Below are positions 39,848 to 50,454 of a stretch of DNA of 64,000 nucleotides, in pieces. Position numbers and translations under genes: made by a program. Source of the DNA: Caldisericota bacterium (lineage in GTDB: Bacteria; Caldisericota; Caldisericia; JAAYUI01); contig JAKPMO010000026.1 of NCBI GenBank assembly GCA_029548865.1, forward strand, positions 68,877 to 132,876, read 5' to 3'. The notes under the pieces are model-generated. The model searched no databases, was not told where the DNA came from, and saw only the letters and a program-made list of their open reading frames with translations. Positions within the stretch are counted from its first letter, which is position 1. Each line of letters starts with the position of its first letter.

Positions 39848-42800
39848 ATGTTGCGTAAATGTTGTCGTCAGGGAGTTGCTCTTTTCTTGGTAATGCTGTT
39901 GTCGTTTGTTTTTACCCCTGTTGATGTGAGGGGGAGTGTAAGGGAATCTGTAGAAACAACAGTACAAAGACTTACAGCCTGGAAGCTTGAAAAAGTTGCG
40001 ACAACATGTACCGCCGATTTGAGAAAGATGGTCATTCAGGGGCCTTCGAAAGAACTTGTTCTTCTGGATATCGAGCCCTCCATGTTGAGGGTGACAAGGA
40101 TTTCGACGCTTTTCCAGCCAGGTGATCTTGCCGGTCCAAAAACATATCCGGGAACAATAAAGGTCATGTCAGAACCTCAATTACCAAAAAGAGGGGATCA
40201 TGTTGGATTTATCGGCATGTCTTCTGGCAGAAGATATCTTGTGATGCTCAATCTGAATGGCAAATCTGCCAAAACGGCCATGGTCCCCGATACAACCTAT
40301 GATGGAATAAAGGTGAAATGGGACCTGCTTTGGTTCAGATTGAATGCTGATGGATCAAGATTTATTGGTGTCTGTCTGGGGAAAATCGTAACCTCTGGAA
40401 AGAGTGGCTCCTGCATTTCGCTTGTTTCAATGGGAACGAATGGCGCAGGATTATTTTTCCTTAGCAGGCCAAGATGGGATGGAAAAAAATTCTACTATCC
40501 AAAAACTGGCACGGGAAAGATATTGAGTCCGATAGGTATTGCCAGAGAAACAGGGCAGGTTTTCTTTAAGGCTGAAATTGGCCAGAGTGGCAAACATGGT
40601 GTGTATACCTGTTCTTCGGACGGGAAGAACTTCAAGCTTTTGATTACTGCAACAACCAGATACTCAATAACAGCCACCGTGAGCAGTGTTTCTTCTACCG
40701 ATCTTGTCACAGATGACGGAAAATATCTTGTTCTCAATGATAATGGAATGGAACACCCAGGTGCTGTAACTTTCGAAATTGCAACTGGAGATGTCAAGGC
40801 AAAGCTCACCCATAAATCGGTTGGGGTATCATGCGATGGGAAATTTTCCTTTTTCTCTGATCCAACCGGATTTGGAATGGAATTCATTTTTGGAGGGGAG
40901 CCATATGTGCTTATTGAGCCTAACCAGCCAAATTGGCCGGTTGTTGGCAAGATAAACAACAGGAGCAATTCCCTTGAGCCGTCCTTTGGTAACATCACCT
41001 GTTCTCCGTTCGGTTTTCTTGGGAGATCAGAAACTGATGCTGTTGCTGTTGGCGAGGTTTATTTTGTGGGAATTCCGAACCCTCCTGTTCCACCAACTCC
41101 AAAACTTGTTGTTCCACCAGTGATTGATTTTGGCCTTGTAGACGGCAATTCCTCCTTGTCGCTTCCGGTTGGAAATGAGGCCAAGACGGCCATTATAGGT
41201 AGCGCCACGATCAAGACAACAACTGAATCATGCAACCCATTTTCGTTTTCTGGAGAGCAGAGTGCCGATTTTTCTTCAATAGGCGATATACCAGTCAGCC
41301 TCAATACTACTTGCATGAGCAAGGGTTTTACGTATGAAGCTGAGGTATTGGTCAGTTCGATTGCTGGAAAAAGCACTGTCCAGATGATTGCAACCCTGAA
41401 TGATTCTGATAGGTTGCTTGTTCGGTTAGGAATCGGGAGAAAGACTTCATGGATTGGTAGCCAGGTGAGCGAATTGCCTGTGGCACCCTTCATTTTAGGA
41501 GGAGTGACCATGGTACCATTGAGAGTCTTCCTAAACGCTCTTCCATGCGATTTTGAGTGGAGTGCTGAAGATCAGTTGGCCAAAATAAATTTTCAGGATA
41601 AAAATATTGAAATAACAATTGGAAAAGAAAAAATGCTTGTTAATGGTCAGGAAGTACCAATGGCCAAACCGGCAATGATAAAGGATGGTCAAACTTTTCT
41701 CCCTTTAAGATCAGTAACCGAGGTTTTTGACGGGACACTGGGCTGGTATTCAAAATCGCAATCAATTCTTGTAAATTTCCCTCAGCCATACTGGGGCAGA
41801 GAGCAGATTGAAATCTCGGGTGTTCCTGTTGGTGCCAATGTAATGGTTAACTATGCACCACATGGGGTTGCCCCTACTACGTTATACCATCTGGTCTCTG
41901 GCAAATACCATGTGAAAGTTTTTGCTGAAGGATATGAGACTTTCGAGACCTTTGTTGATGTCCCGCCATCTCCTGCCAAGGTACAGTATTTCCTACAAAA
42001 AATTGTACCCACGAAAGCTGAAACAAAAGTCTCCAGTAGCCCGAAAGGTGCCTACATCTATGTTGATGGCAAAGCGACTGCCACCTGCCCAGCCACAATA
42101 CAACTTGAGCCTGGACTGAGAATCATAAAAGTGTCCCTAAATGGTTATCCGGATTATGTTATGCAGGTTGTCGCCCTGCCAGGGAAGAAGCTGGAACTAA
42201 ACTTTGATTTGGAATCCTTGAAGCAAAAGAAAGAGAAACAGATAGAACCACCTCTTGCTAAGAGGGCAATTAACTTGGAGCAGAAAAGATATGAAGATAT
42301 TGATTTCTCAGTAACAAATCATCTTGGTGTTCCAGCTGAGTTCAAGCTTAAATCTCCTGAAAATGTGCCACCCGGTTTTGAGGATTTTGGTTTTGCAACA
42401 CTTGATGGGCTTGTTCGTGAATTTGCCACCCCGAAGATAATACCAGGCGAGACTTTCAAAATGCGTTTTTCTATACTCTTGTCTGAAGACGCATCTCCTG
42501 GTGAAGAACTCAAAGATGTCATAAATCTTGAGCCTGTAGGTTACCCATCATGGAAAATTGAGGTACCACTTGACATAACTGTTGAGGGTGAGGCGCAAAA
42601 AGCCCCGAGACTCTATTTCGAGCTTTCTGATGAAGTAAAAGAAGCGACAGAATTCACGGCTTTCTTGAAAATAAAGGATGCAAAAGGGATAACTGGATCG
42701 AAATTTTATTTTGTCTACCAACCATCAAAACTGGACATTTTAAGCATAGAGGATGGTGGTTTCTTCAGCAGTGATGGCACAAATACTGCTTTCTACTGGA

Positions 42801-43033
42801 GCGAAGTAGCGAAGGGGGAGATCCTTGTCACTGGGCCTGTAAGAATTGGCTCACTGCCTGGCGTTGATGGTGAAGGAGTTATCCTCAAAATAAGGTTCTA
42901 TGCCAAGAAGAAAGGCGAAGCGATATTTGATTGCCAGAGTTCGACCATCTATGATTCAAAATCAAAAGAGGTGGAGCATTTCAAGCCAGAAGCACTTGTG
43001 ATAACGATAAAGGAAAGTGAACCTTCACCTTGA
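39848..43033 (+). CDS. Secreted multidomain protein: propeller-like, stalk, 2 PEGA, C-terminal cohesin-like
   Basis: APFILGGVTMVPLR and GQTFLPLR (stalk); SSPKGAYIYVDG (PEGA); YQPSKL...GEGVILKIRFYAK (cohesin-like). Confidence 0.8.
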   Translation: MLRKCCRQGVALFLVMLLSFVFTPVDVRGSVRESVETTVQRLTAWKLEKVATTCTADLRKMVIQGPSKELVLLDIEPSMLRVTRISTLFQPGDLAGPKTYPGTIKVMSEPQLPKRGDHVGFIGMSSGRRYLVMLNLNGKSAKTAMVPDTTYDGIKVKWDLLWFRLNADGSRFIGVCLGKIVTSGKSGSCISLVSMGTNGAGLFFLSRPRWDGKKFYYPKTGTGKILSPIGIARETGQVFFKAEIGQSGKHGVYTCSSDGKNFKLLITATTRYSITATVSSVSSTDLVTDDGKYLVLNDNGMEHPGAVTFEIATGDVKAKLTHKSVGVSCDGKFSFFSDPTGFGMEFIFGGEPYVLIEPNQPNWPVVGKINNRSNSLEPSFGNITCSPFGFLGRSETDAVAVGEVYFVGIPNPPVPPTPKLVVPPVIDFGLVDGNSSLSLPVGNEAKTAIIGSATIKTTTESCNPFSFSGEQSADFSSIGDIPVSLNTTCMSKGFTYEAEVLVSSIAGKSTVQMIATLNDSDRLLVRLGIGRKTSWIGSQVSELPVAPFILGGVTMVPLRVFLNALPCDFEWSAEDQLAKINFQDKNIEITIGKEKMLVNGQEVPMAKPAMIKDGQTFLPLRSVTEVFDGTLGWYSKSQSILVNFPQPYWGREQIEISGVPVGANVMVNYAPHGVAPTTLYHLVSGKYHVKVFAEGYETFETFVDVPPSPAKVQYFLQKIVPTKAETKVSSSPKGAYIYVDGKATATCPATIQLEPGLRIIKVSLNGYPDYVMQVVALPGKKLELNFDLESLKQKKEKQIEPPLAKRAINLEQKRYEDIDFSVTNHLGVPAEFKLKSPENVPPGFEDFGFATLDGLVREFATPKIIPGETFKMRFSILLSEDASPGEELKDVINLEPVGYPSWKIEVPLDITVEGEAQKAPRLYFELSDEVKEATEFTAFLKIKDAKGITGSKFYFVYQPSKLDILSIEDGGFFSSDGTNTAFYWSEVAKGEILVTGPVRIGSLPGVDGEGVILKIRFYAKKKGEAIFDCQSSTIYDSKSKEVEHFKPEALVITIKESEPSP

Positions 43034-44481
43034 GGTTTTTTGCCGCTTTTCTGGCGCTTGCCGCAACACTTTACTGGCCAACTTTTGGTGGCTCGCCGAT
43101 GCACCACAGTTCAACCAGTGTTAATATCTGGCCAGGGTTTTCCAAATCCTGGGAAAGCCCTCTTTCAGAGGGTTCCGCAAGGATCTCCACGCCGGTTTGT
43201 TTTGAAAATAAAATAATCCTCAAATACCAGGAGTTAAAGAAACCTTTTGAATTTAAGGTGGTTTGTTTTGATGTCGCCAATGGAAACGTTGTCTGGAGTT
43301 TTTCTGATTTGGTGATTCCAAAGCCTAAAAAAGTTGTGCTTCCGTTGCATCCAAAAGATTTCGAAGGGTCTCCAACAATTTTTCGCAATATGGTTTATGT
43401 AACCAGTAATGACACCGTTTTTTGCCTTTCCATGAATGATGGAAAGCCCCTCTGGTGGAAAACGTTTGGCAATAATTGCGATGTGTTCTATATCTCACCG
43501 TTAATACAGGGTGCTTCCATGCCGGCCGTTGTTGTTCCAATAGCCAGGAGATCAATTTTTTGTCTGGATGCTATGAAAGGGCGAGTCATTTGGGAGAGCA
43601 AAAACCCGTTTTGGGCAACATCACCTGCGTTTTGCCAGGACAATGGTTTTTTGTGCCCGGTTCCAATGGATTCCAGTGGTTCAATAGTTGCAAGCATTCC
43701 CGAAGAAATGAACACTTCGCTTGGACCGGTCATAACAGTGCCTGAAAAAAATAAGGCCCTTTTTCTCTGCAGGGACGGAGTTTTCAGGTTCTTCTCATAC
43801 AATCATTTTTTTTCCAAATGGGAGTTTGAATGGAAGTGTTCTGTTGATGGCGGATCAACATATCCGAGGGCAGCTTGCTATTTTGAAGGCGATTTTCTTT
43901 TGCCTGGCAGAGAGAATGTTGCGCGCGTAAATGAAAAAGGGAAAACGCTCTGGAACCTCCAATTTGGCAAAGGAAACATCATGGGTTGTCTTGTATGCGG
44001 CAAGAAAGCGCTTGTTCTTTCGAAAGGGACTTCATCCACAATTTCCGTCATTGACACACGGGATGGTTTTTTATACGAATCCATGAAGCTCGATGGCCAA
44101 CCGATGACAGTACCTGTTCAAACAGAAAATGGTTTTGTGATAGTGTTTGCCAAACAGGGCCTTGTTTGCTACAAGGGGAGTAACCCTCCAAAACTTGACT
44201 GTAAGAGCGTTGAAGAGGTTGAGGTGAATGGCGATGGTACCACATTGCTTGAGGTATCAAACATTGGTGATTCCTGGGTTTCATTTTATGTCCGATCAGA
44301 AAAAGACTGGGCAGTTCCAGAAAATGGGATAATCAGATGCGCACCTGGGCGGAAAGTAATGATACCGATAAAAATATCCCTTCAGGGGAAACCCTATAGG
44401 GAAACAAGGATTGTTCTAAGCTCAGAAACAGAGACAAAAATAGTTCTGTTTTGTGTTACAGACACTTCTGGCAAAAACTGA
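43030..44481 (+). CDS. PQQ-type beta-propeller protein with a BACON-like C-terminus
   Basis: WPTFGG, CFDVANGNVVW, CLSMNDGKPLW, CLDAMKGRVIW repeats. Confidence 0.78.
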   Translation: MRFFAAFLALAATLYWPTFGGSPMHHSSTSVNIWPGFSKSWESPLSEGSARISTPVCFENKIILKYQELKKPFEFKVVCFDVANGNVVWSFSDLVIPKPKKVVLPLHPKDFEGSPTIFRNMVYVTSNDTVFCLSMNDGKPLWWKTFGNNCDVFYISPLIQGASMPAVVVPIARRSIFCLDAMKGRVIWESKNPFWATSPAFCQDNGFLCPVPMDSSGSIVASIPEEMNTSLGPVITVPEKNKALFLCRDGVFRFFSYNHFFSKWEFEWKCSVDGGSTYPRAACYFEGDFLLPGRENVARVNEKGKTLWNLQFGKGNIMGCLVCGKKALVLSKGTSSTISVIDTRDGFLYESMKLDGQPMTVPVQTENGFVIVFAKQGLVCYKGSNPPKLDCKSVEEVEVNGDGTTLLEVSNIGDSWVSFYVRSEKDWAVPENGIIRCAPGRKVMIPIKISLQGKPYRETRIVLSSETETKIVLFCVTDTSGKN

Positions 44482-44755
44482 GCATCCTGTCATCTCAATG
44501 AATTATTTTAAAGATTATTACTTCAATTTTTAAACAAAAGTATGAATTTCCTGTTTTTGTGATGGATTTGTGAAATTTTGATGTCGTAGAAACAAACACA
44601 AGAATGATGTTTTGCTCGATCTGCTAAAGCTTTTTTATCATTTGTGGAAATGTTAAGAAGGTCACATCATTTCAGAAAAAAATCATTTTATCACAATGGA
44701 AAATCGCTTGATTCGTGAAGAAATGCGATTATTTTTCTAGCAAAAAGGAGGAGAA

Positions 44756-47700
44756 ATGAGGAAAAATCTTTCATTCTTTTTGGCAGTTCTTCTTTGTTCT
44801 GCTTCAATTGCCTTCCCGCAATATTCGTTCTCGAAAAATGGTGTACCACCCTATCTTATCCAGCTATCAGCAACGGCATCAAAAGGCCAGATAACCCTCT
44901 CTTGGCCGCAGCAGCAGGCCTCCACCATCTACGTATACAGGGATTTTGGCGGCCCCAACTCCAAGCCAGTGGCAACACTTCTTCCGTCTGAAACCACCTT
45001 TATTGATAAACCAATCCCGGGCCCTCATATTTACGGGCTTCTTGTTGTTGGGAAAGATGGAAGGATTGCCCACAGAACGGCTATGCTCCCAGTTTATCTT
45101 CCAAAAGACTGCGAAGATCCTTCACAAATGGTCATCAAACTCTGGATAAACAGATTTGACATGGTTGTCGATTGCCAGTCAACGACAATCAAGACTGCAC
45201 CAGAAATTATTAATGGTTCTACATTTGTTTCGATCAGACCAATCATAGAAGCTGCTGGTGGTTCACTTTCATGGGATGGAACAACCAAAACTGCCACCGT
45301 ATATTTGCAGAACCATTTTGTAATGCTCACCATTGGCAAGAATATAGCTAAAGTTGATGGAGTTGAAAAACCAATTCTGGCATCCAATCCTGCAATTGTG
45401 CCTTTGATAAAAAATTCAAACACGATGCTTCCTTTCAGATTCATTGTTGAATCACTTGGTGGCAGGGTCAACTGGGACGGCACTGAGAAAAGGATTGAAA
45501 TATTTTTTGCCCTTTCTGAACTAGCAAAAATAAAAAGATACCTTGAGCCACAGTCGCTTGTTGCAATGGGCGAGATTGGCCCAGTGGTAAAAGTTTCTGC
45601 AGTCGAAGAAATCAAGAAGAACGATCCTTTGGAAACTTTTATGTCTGGTGCGAAAATACTTGTGGCATCTGGCAAAGATTACAATGTTGTTTCAATATCG
45701 GACGCTTTGGATCCAATGGGACGCAAGCTTTCAAAAACCAACTTCCCCCTCTGGATGAAACAGACAGGCAATGTCAGAGCCTACAAGGTCTCGTATGATC
45801 CGTTGACGATGAAGATAAAACCGTTTACATCAGTAATTCTTGTCGATTTAGGAAATGGTGATATCTTTGATCCGACCCTATTCCCATTTCTTTTGGAATT
45901 TGGCCCAGTCGACTTTGAGGGCCAGCAACAGTACAAAAACAAGTTTGATGCCAAAATTGCAAGGTTCTCGACCAGCTGGCCTGTTGGCAATATTTTCAAT
46001 GACTCGTCCAGAATTGCTTTCCTCGATTTTGACGTTGTAATTTCAGGAAAAATATCGGTTTCCAACCCCAATTGCACCCCATGTGCCAGAACGATGGGTG
46101 AGGCGGAATTTGCTATCAAATCGATATGTGATGAAATCCAGGCGAACTCATTGAGGATTTTTGTGCCAATGATAGCATCTTTGTTTGATGTTTCGATGGC
46201 AACCTCCCAGGACAATGGTTTTGCAGATCTCTCGCTTAAAGGTGGATGCGGGTTCTTCCCAACCTCAACATGTCCCGACATGAAGGACCAGTTTGCAGAG
46301 ATGGAATTCAATTTCTCTGATATGAGACCCTATCAGGCAACTGATGATCCGCAGAAATCCGGTCAGATTGTAAAGGGTATTTTCAAGCTCAACCCGTCAA
46401 ACGCTTCCGAGCAGGGATATGAATCAAAGGATTCCAATCCTAAGTCTCAGGGGCTTTTTGCAGTAAAAATTGACGACTCGCCAAAACCAAAGCATATGCG
46501 GATTGAAAGAAAGTCAAATCCAAAAAAGTTTGGAGAATTTCTGACTCCTTCCCTTCCGCCATCTCTCCAGCCGATACCGGGTTGCACACTTTCAATGAAG
46601 GTGCCAATTCTGAATACCCCTTCAGGAAGGCAGTCGGGCATTTTTGAAGTTGCCTTCTCACCAGCTGTTTCCGTTACCTATCCTTTTGAGCGCACGGTTG
46701 GATTTTTTGGTGTAGAGCAGGAGAAAAAAACACTGGTTCTTTGTAATGGACAATTTGTTGCCCAGGCTGGTTTTGAGTGTCCATGTGGTGAATTAAGAGG
46801 AATCGAGGACGCATCATTAAAAGTCGACAAGACAAAACCTGGCCAACCGAAAGTTGTCGTGGATGTCAGGATAAACCCAGAAGTAGCATTTAATCCTCCA
46901 GAATCAGATGTATATGTTGCCTTGTTCAGAAATGATGTTGAAATCTCAAAACAAAACGTCGATAAATCGAACCCTCAAGTCCAATTTGTTGATGAAAAAA
47001 TTGGTGCCGGGGAAGTTTATGCCTATTGCATCAAGCTTTACCAGAATGGTATGGAGATAGACAAATGGTGCCACGATGAAACCATTGTTCCAAATCCATG
47101 GACAATCTCGGCTGCATTTGAAGATGGAAAACAGTCAAAATCAGAAACGATACTCCCAGGACGGGCAACACAGGCAAAGATAAAAATTGGGAATACTGAT
47201 GCTCAGGAAATTCAAGTGCAGGTAAGGGTTGATAATATCTGCCCCAAATGGACTGTCAAAATAGATGGAAAGAATGACAAGTGGGTGACAGTGGGACCTG
47301 ATAGAGAAGAGTTTGTTTCGGTTGTTGTTGAGCCGGACGAAACAATAACACCTGGCGATTCTTGTGAAGTTGGTATAGTTATTCAATCTGGTCTTCAGAA
47401 AATTACTCTCAAATATAAAATCACCATTGAGTCACCAACATGCTCCTTCAAGTGTGAATGGGAAGAGGGTGGAGCTGGAATTACAAATGATGTTTCACCA
47501 GGGATTGCAAAATATCAGATGTTTACGATAAAAAATACTGGTTCTGAGCAAAACAAATTTGTGGTTGATTTTACAACTGACCAGGATGCGTCCACAATGG
47601 GCGGAGTGCTATGGACAGTGAATTTCAAGGATATTATGCAAGGCCAGTCGATAACTATTGATGCTGGTAAATCTGTGAACATTTATATGATAGTGAAGGC

Positions 47701-48922
47701 ATCAATGAGTACGCAAGATGGAAAATCCATCAAAATTGATGTATCAGTAAAGGGATGTGGAGAGACATACAAGCTTGAATGGGTAGTTACATGCAAACTC
47801 CAAGAGTGCGAATTTGATGTGGGTTGGACAAAAGGTACATCAACAAGAAAATACACAACAAACCCCGGTGATTCTTGGTACGAGTCGTTCACTATTATAA
47901 ATTATGGAACACAGGACATGTTGTTTAATGTGAAAGTGGAAAATGAAGGTGAAAAACTTGTAACTTTGTTGGACAGCTATGAATTCTCTATTGCTGGTGG
48001 TGATACACATAAGGCAAAAATGCAGATCAAAACACCCGATTCTGCCAGAATTGGTGAGGCAAGATTAAAAATAACTGTAACGTGCGGCAAGACAGAGAAA
48101 ACACTTAAACTAACAGTCAACATAGTTAAAGGAGAATCTTGCTCTTATACTGCTTCATGGATCATTACTGGTAATGGTACCCTCAATATGGATATGCCTG
48201 TAGATGAAGTTGTTACTGCATCAATCAGAATCAAAAATAAGAGTAAAAAAGCTGAATTATTTGCGATACTCACAGATAGATCTGATTCCAGCTGGGAATC
48301 AGGTTTTGACACAGCAAAAGGCCTAAAACAAACGTTTACACTTGATCCTGGTGAAGAGACCCAAAAATTGATTCTTTGGGCCAAAGCTGGGAAAAACACA
48401 AAACCAGGTGATGCTTGTTCTGTGAAAGTCTCGGTGAAAGCATGCTCAACATCCCTTGAACTCATGTGGAACCTTGTTTGTGTACCGCATGCTGATCTAG
48501 ATGTTTCTGTCTCAAACAAAGTACAATCCGCAAAATGGACAAAAGATGGATCGCTTGCCATGGAAGGTGTGATGGCTTTTACAAGACAGGGTGCTGGATC
48601 AATTAAAGGGATCTCCTATCAGTTTGAATGGATTGATGTTGATGGTGGTGGTGTCACACTTGGCAAGACATCCCAATACAGCCTTGATCTTGAAATCTAC
48701 ACTGGCGTTCCAGCTTTTAGCTATGAACACAGAGTTCCGAAGAGTATCATTGATAAACTTGCAACATCTGGAAGCAAAAGGATCAAAATAATTGTCTCTC
48801 TCAATTTCCTTTTCAAGGAAGAAACCGTGGTTACGAAAAAGGCAGAATTTATTGTGGATATTCCCCCAAAAACTTCTCTTATACAGAGTGATTCAAAGGG
48901 ATTAGTTCCAATCGCTGTCTGA
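44756..48922 (+). CDS. Very large secreted stalk-domain protein with FN3/Ig-like repeats
   Basis: SD AAGGAGG, signal peptide, APEIINGSTFVSIR and NTMLPFRFIVESLGG, Cys-containing beta-rich repeats. Confidence 0.82.
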   Translation: MRKNLSFFLAVLLCSASIAFPQYSFSKNGVPPYLIQLSATASKGQITLSWPQQQASTIYVYRDFGGPNSKPVATLLPSETTFIDKPIPGPHIYGLLVVGKDGRIAHRTAMLPVYLPKDCEDPSQMVIKLWINRFDMVVDCQSTTIKTAPEIINGSTFVSIRPIIEAAGGSLSWDGTTKTATVYLQNHFVMLTIGKNIAKVDGVEKPILASNPAIVPLIKNSNTMLPFRFIVESLGGRVNWDGTEKRIEIFFALSELAKIKRYLEPQSLVAMGEIGPVVKVSAVEEIKKNDPLETFMSGAKILVASGKDYNVVSISDALDPMGRKLSKTNFPLWMKQTGNVRAYKVSYDPLTMKIKPFTSVILVDLGNGDIFDPTLFPFLLEFGPVDFEGQQQYKNKFDAKIARFSTSWPVGNIFNDSSRIAFLDFDVVISGKISVSNPNCTPCARTMGEAEFAIKSICDEIQANSLRIFVPMIASLFDVSMATSQDNGFADLSLKGGCGFFPTSTCPDMKDQFAEMEFNFSDMRPYQATDDPQKSGQIVKGIFKLNPSNASEQGYESKDSNPKSQGLFAVKIDDSPKPKHMRIERKSNPKKFGEFLTPSLPPSLQPIPGCTLSMKVPILNTPSGRQSGIFEVAFSPAVSVTYPFERTVGFFGVEQEKKTLVLCNGQFVAQAGFECPCGELRGIEDASLKVDKTKPGQPKVVVDVRINPEVAFNPPESDVYVALFRNDVEISKQNVDKSNPQVQFVDEKIGAGEVYAYCIKLYQNGMEIDKWCHDETIVPNPWTISAAFEDGKQSKSETILPGRATQAKIKIGNTDAQEIQVQVRVDNICPKWTVKIDGKNDKWVTVGPDREEFVSVVVEPDETITPGDSCEVGIVIQSGLQKITLKYKITIESPTCSFKCEWEEGGAGITNDVSPGIAKYQMFTIKNTGSEQNKFVVDFTTDQDASTMGGVLWTVNFKDIMQGQSITIDAGKSVNIYMIVKASMSTQDGKSIKIDVSVKGCGETYKLEWVVTCKLQECEFDVGWTKGTSTRKYTTNPGDSWYESFTIINYGTQDMLFNVKVENEGEKLVTLLDSYEFSIAGGDTHKAKMQIKTPDSARIGEARLKITVTCGKTEKTLKLTVNIVKGESCSYTASWIITGNGTLNMDMPVDEVVTASIRIKNKSKKAELFAILTDRSDSSWESGFDTAKGLKQTFTLDPGEETQKLILWAKAGKNTKPGDACSVKVSVKACSTSLELMWNLVCVPHADLDVSVSNKVQSAKWTKDGSLAMEGVMAFTRQGAGSIKGISYQFEWIDVDGGGVTLGKTSQYSLDLEIYTGVPAFSYEHRVPKSIIDKLATSGSKRIKIIVSLNFLFKEETVVTKKAEFIVDIPPKTSLIQSDSKGLVPIAV

Positions 48923-48930
48923 TAGATAAA

Positions 48931-48975
48931 AACAAATAAAAAAAGCCGGTCATTGACCGGCTTTTTTTATTTGTT
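48931..48975. terminator. Bidirectional terminator, 22-bp perfect inverted repeat
   Basis: AACAAATAAAAAAAGCCGGTCA-T-TGACCGGCTTTTTTTATTTGTT. Confidence 0.9.
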
Positions 48976-48993
48976 GGTTGATTTGTTCTTTTA

Positions 48994-50196
48994 TCAGTCG
49001 CCTAAGATTTTTTGTATTTTGGAGAATGCCCAGTCAATTTGATCCTTTGTAATGACAAGTGGTGGTGCAAAACGGATTATCTTATCGTGGGTTTCCTTAC
49101 AGATTAAGCCTTCATTGCGAAGTTTTTTGACATAGTCTTTTGCCGGACCTGCAGACTGTTTGATTACAACACCTATCAGCAAGCCTTTACCTCTTACTTT
49201 TTCAACCTTGCTGTTGCCCTCAAGCTGTTTCAGGAGTTTCATGAAATAAGCACCCTGGGTTGCTGAATTTTCAATCAGTTTTTCTTCCTGGAGTACTTCG
49301 ATTGCGGTTATTCCTGCAACACAGGCAAGGGGGTTTCCACCAAAAGTTGAACCATGCTGGCCTTTTTTGATGAGACTGAGGATTTCTTTGTTTGCTGCCA
49401 CACCTGAGACGGGATATACACCGCCACCCAAGGCTTTACCCATGATGATGATGTCCGGATCAAGTCCTTCGTGGTCGAAGCAGAATCTCTTGCCTGTTCT
49501 GCCAAAGCCTGTCTGGATTTCATCACATACAAAAAGGATCTTGTGCTTCCTGCACATCTTTTGAAGATTGGTCAGATATCCTTCATCTGGAACATTAACG
49601 CCAGCCTCACCTTGGATTGGCTCAATAAGAATGCCAATAGTTTTGTCCGTGATGGCTTTTTCAACTGCTTCAGCATCGTTATATGGAACGATTTTGAAGC
49701 CTGGGGTAAATGGACCAAAATGGTCATGGCTTCCCGGGTCAGTTGAAAAACTGATGATCGTCGTTGTTCTGCCGTGGAAATTCTCTGCAAAAACAATGAT
49801 TTCACCAGTTTCCGGCTCAATGCCCTTTACCTCATAGCCCCACTTGCGCATGCATTTGATGGCAGTTTCGACAGCTTCTGCCCCAGTATTCATCGGAAGG
49901 AACATTTCCTTGCCTGTGAACTTGCAGATCTTCTCCGTGAAAAGCGGGAGCTTGTCATTGAAGAATGCCCTGGATGTAAGCGTCAATCTGTCAATTTGAT
50001 CTTTTAGGGCCTGCGTAATCTTTGGGTGTCTATGGCCATGGTTTATGGCTGAATACGCACTGAGCATGTCCATGAACTGGATGCCCTCGACGTTCCAGAC
50101 CCAAACCCCTTCGCCTTTTGACAACACTACCTCGAGCGACTCATAGTTGTTTGCGCCATACTGTCTCTCAAGGTTCATAAAATATTCGGAATTCAT
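48994..50196 (-). CDS. rocD: Ornithine aminotransferase
   Basis: SAYSAINHGH, MNTGAEAVETA, NFHGRT, EPIQGEAG, DEIQTG, GKALGGG; SD GGAGG favours ATG 50196. Confidence 0.93.
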   Translation of the reverse strand: MNSEYFMNLERQYGANNYESLEVVLSKGEGVWVWNVEGIQFMDMLSAYSAINHGHRHPKITQALKDQIDRLTLTSRAFFNDKLPLFTEKICKFTGKEMFLPMNTGAEAVETAIKCMRKWGYEVKGIEPETGEIIVFAENFHGRTTTIISFSTDPGSHDHFGPFTPGFKIVPYNDAEAVEKAITDKTIGILIEPIQGEAGVNVPDEGYLTNLQKMCRKHKILFVCDEIQTGFGRTGKRFCFDHEGLDPDIIIMGKALGGGVYPVSGVAANKEILSLIKKGQHGSTFGGNPLACVAGITAIEVLQEEKLIENSATQGAYFMKLLKQLEGNSKVEKVRGKGLLIGVVIKQSAGPAKDYVKKLRNEGLICKETHDKIIRFAPPLVITKDQIDWAFSKIQKILGD

Positions 50197-50300
50197 GAAC
50201 ACCTCCTGGATTTGTGAGAAACAAATAAGATTGTACCAGCCTAAAATTATAGGTCAACAAGGCTTGTGGTTATAGAATTATTGTGATATGGGGATATTGA

Positions 50301-50376
50301 TGGAGCCGAAGAGGGGATTCGGACCCCTGACCTGCTGATTACGAATCAGCTGCTCTACCAGCTGAGCTACTTCGGC
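50301..50376 (-). tRNA. tRNA-Thr(CGT)
   Basis: 76-nt cloverleaf GCCGAAG...CTTCGGC-TCCA; anticodon loop TTCGTAA. Confidence 0.93.
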
Positions 50377-50454
50377 ACGGTCAGATATTATAACAAACAC
50401 CATAATCCAGTCCAGTGCAATTGGTAAAACTCCTGAAGCTGGTGGCTGCTGTTT

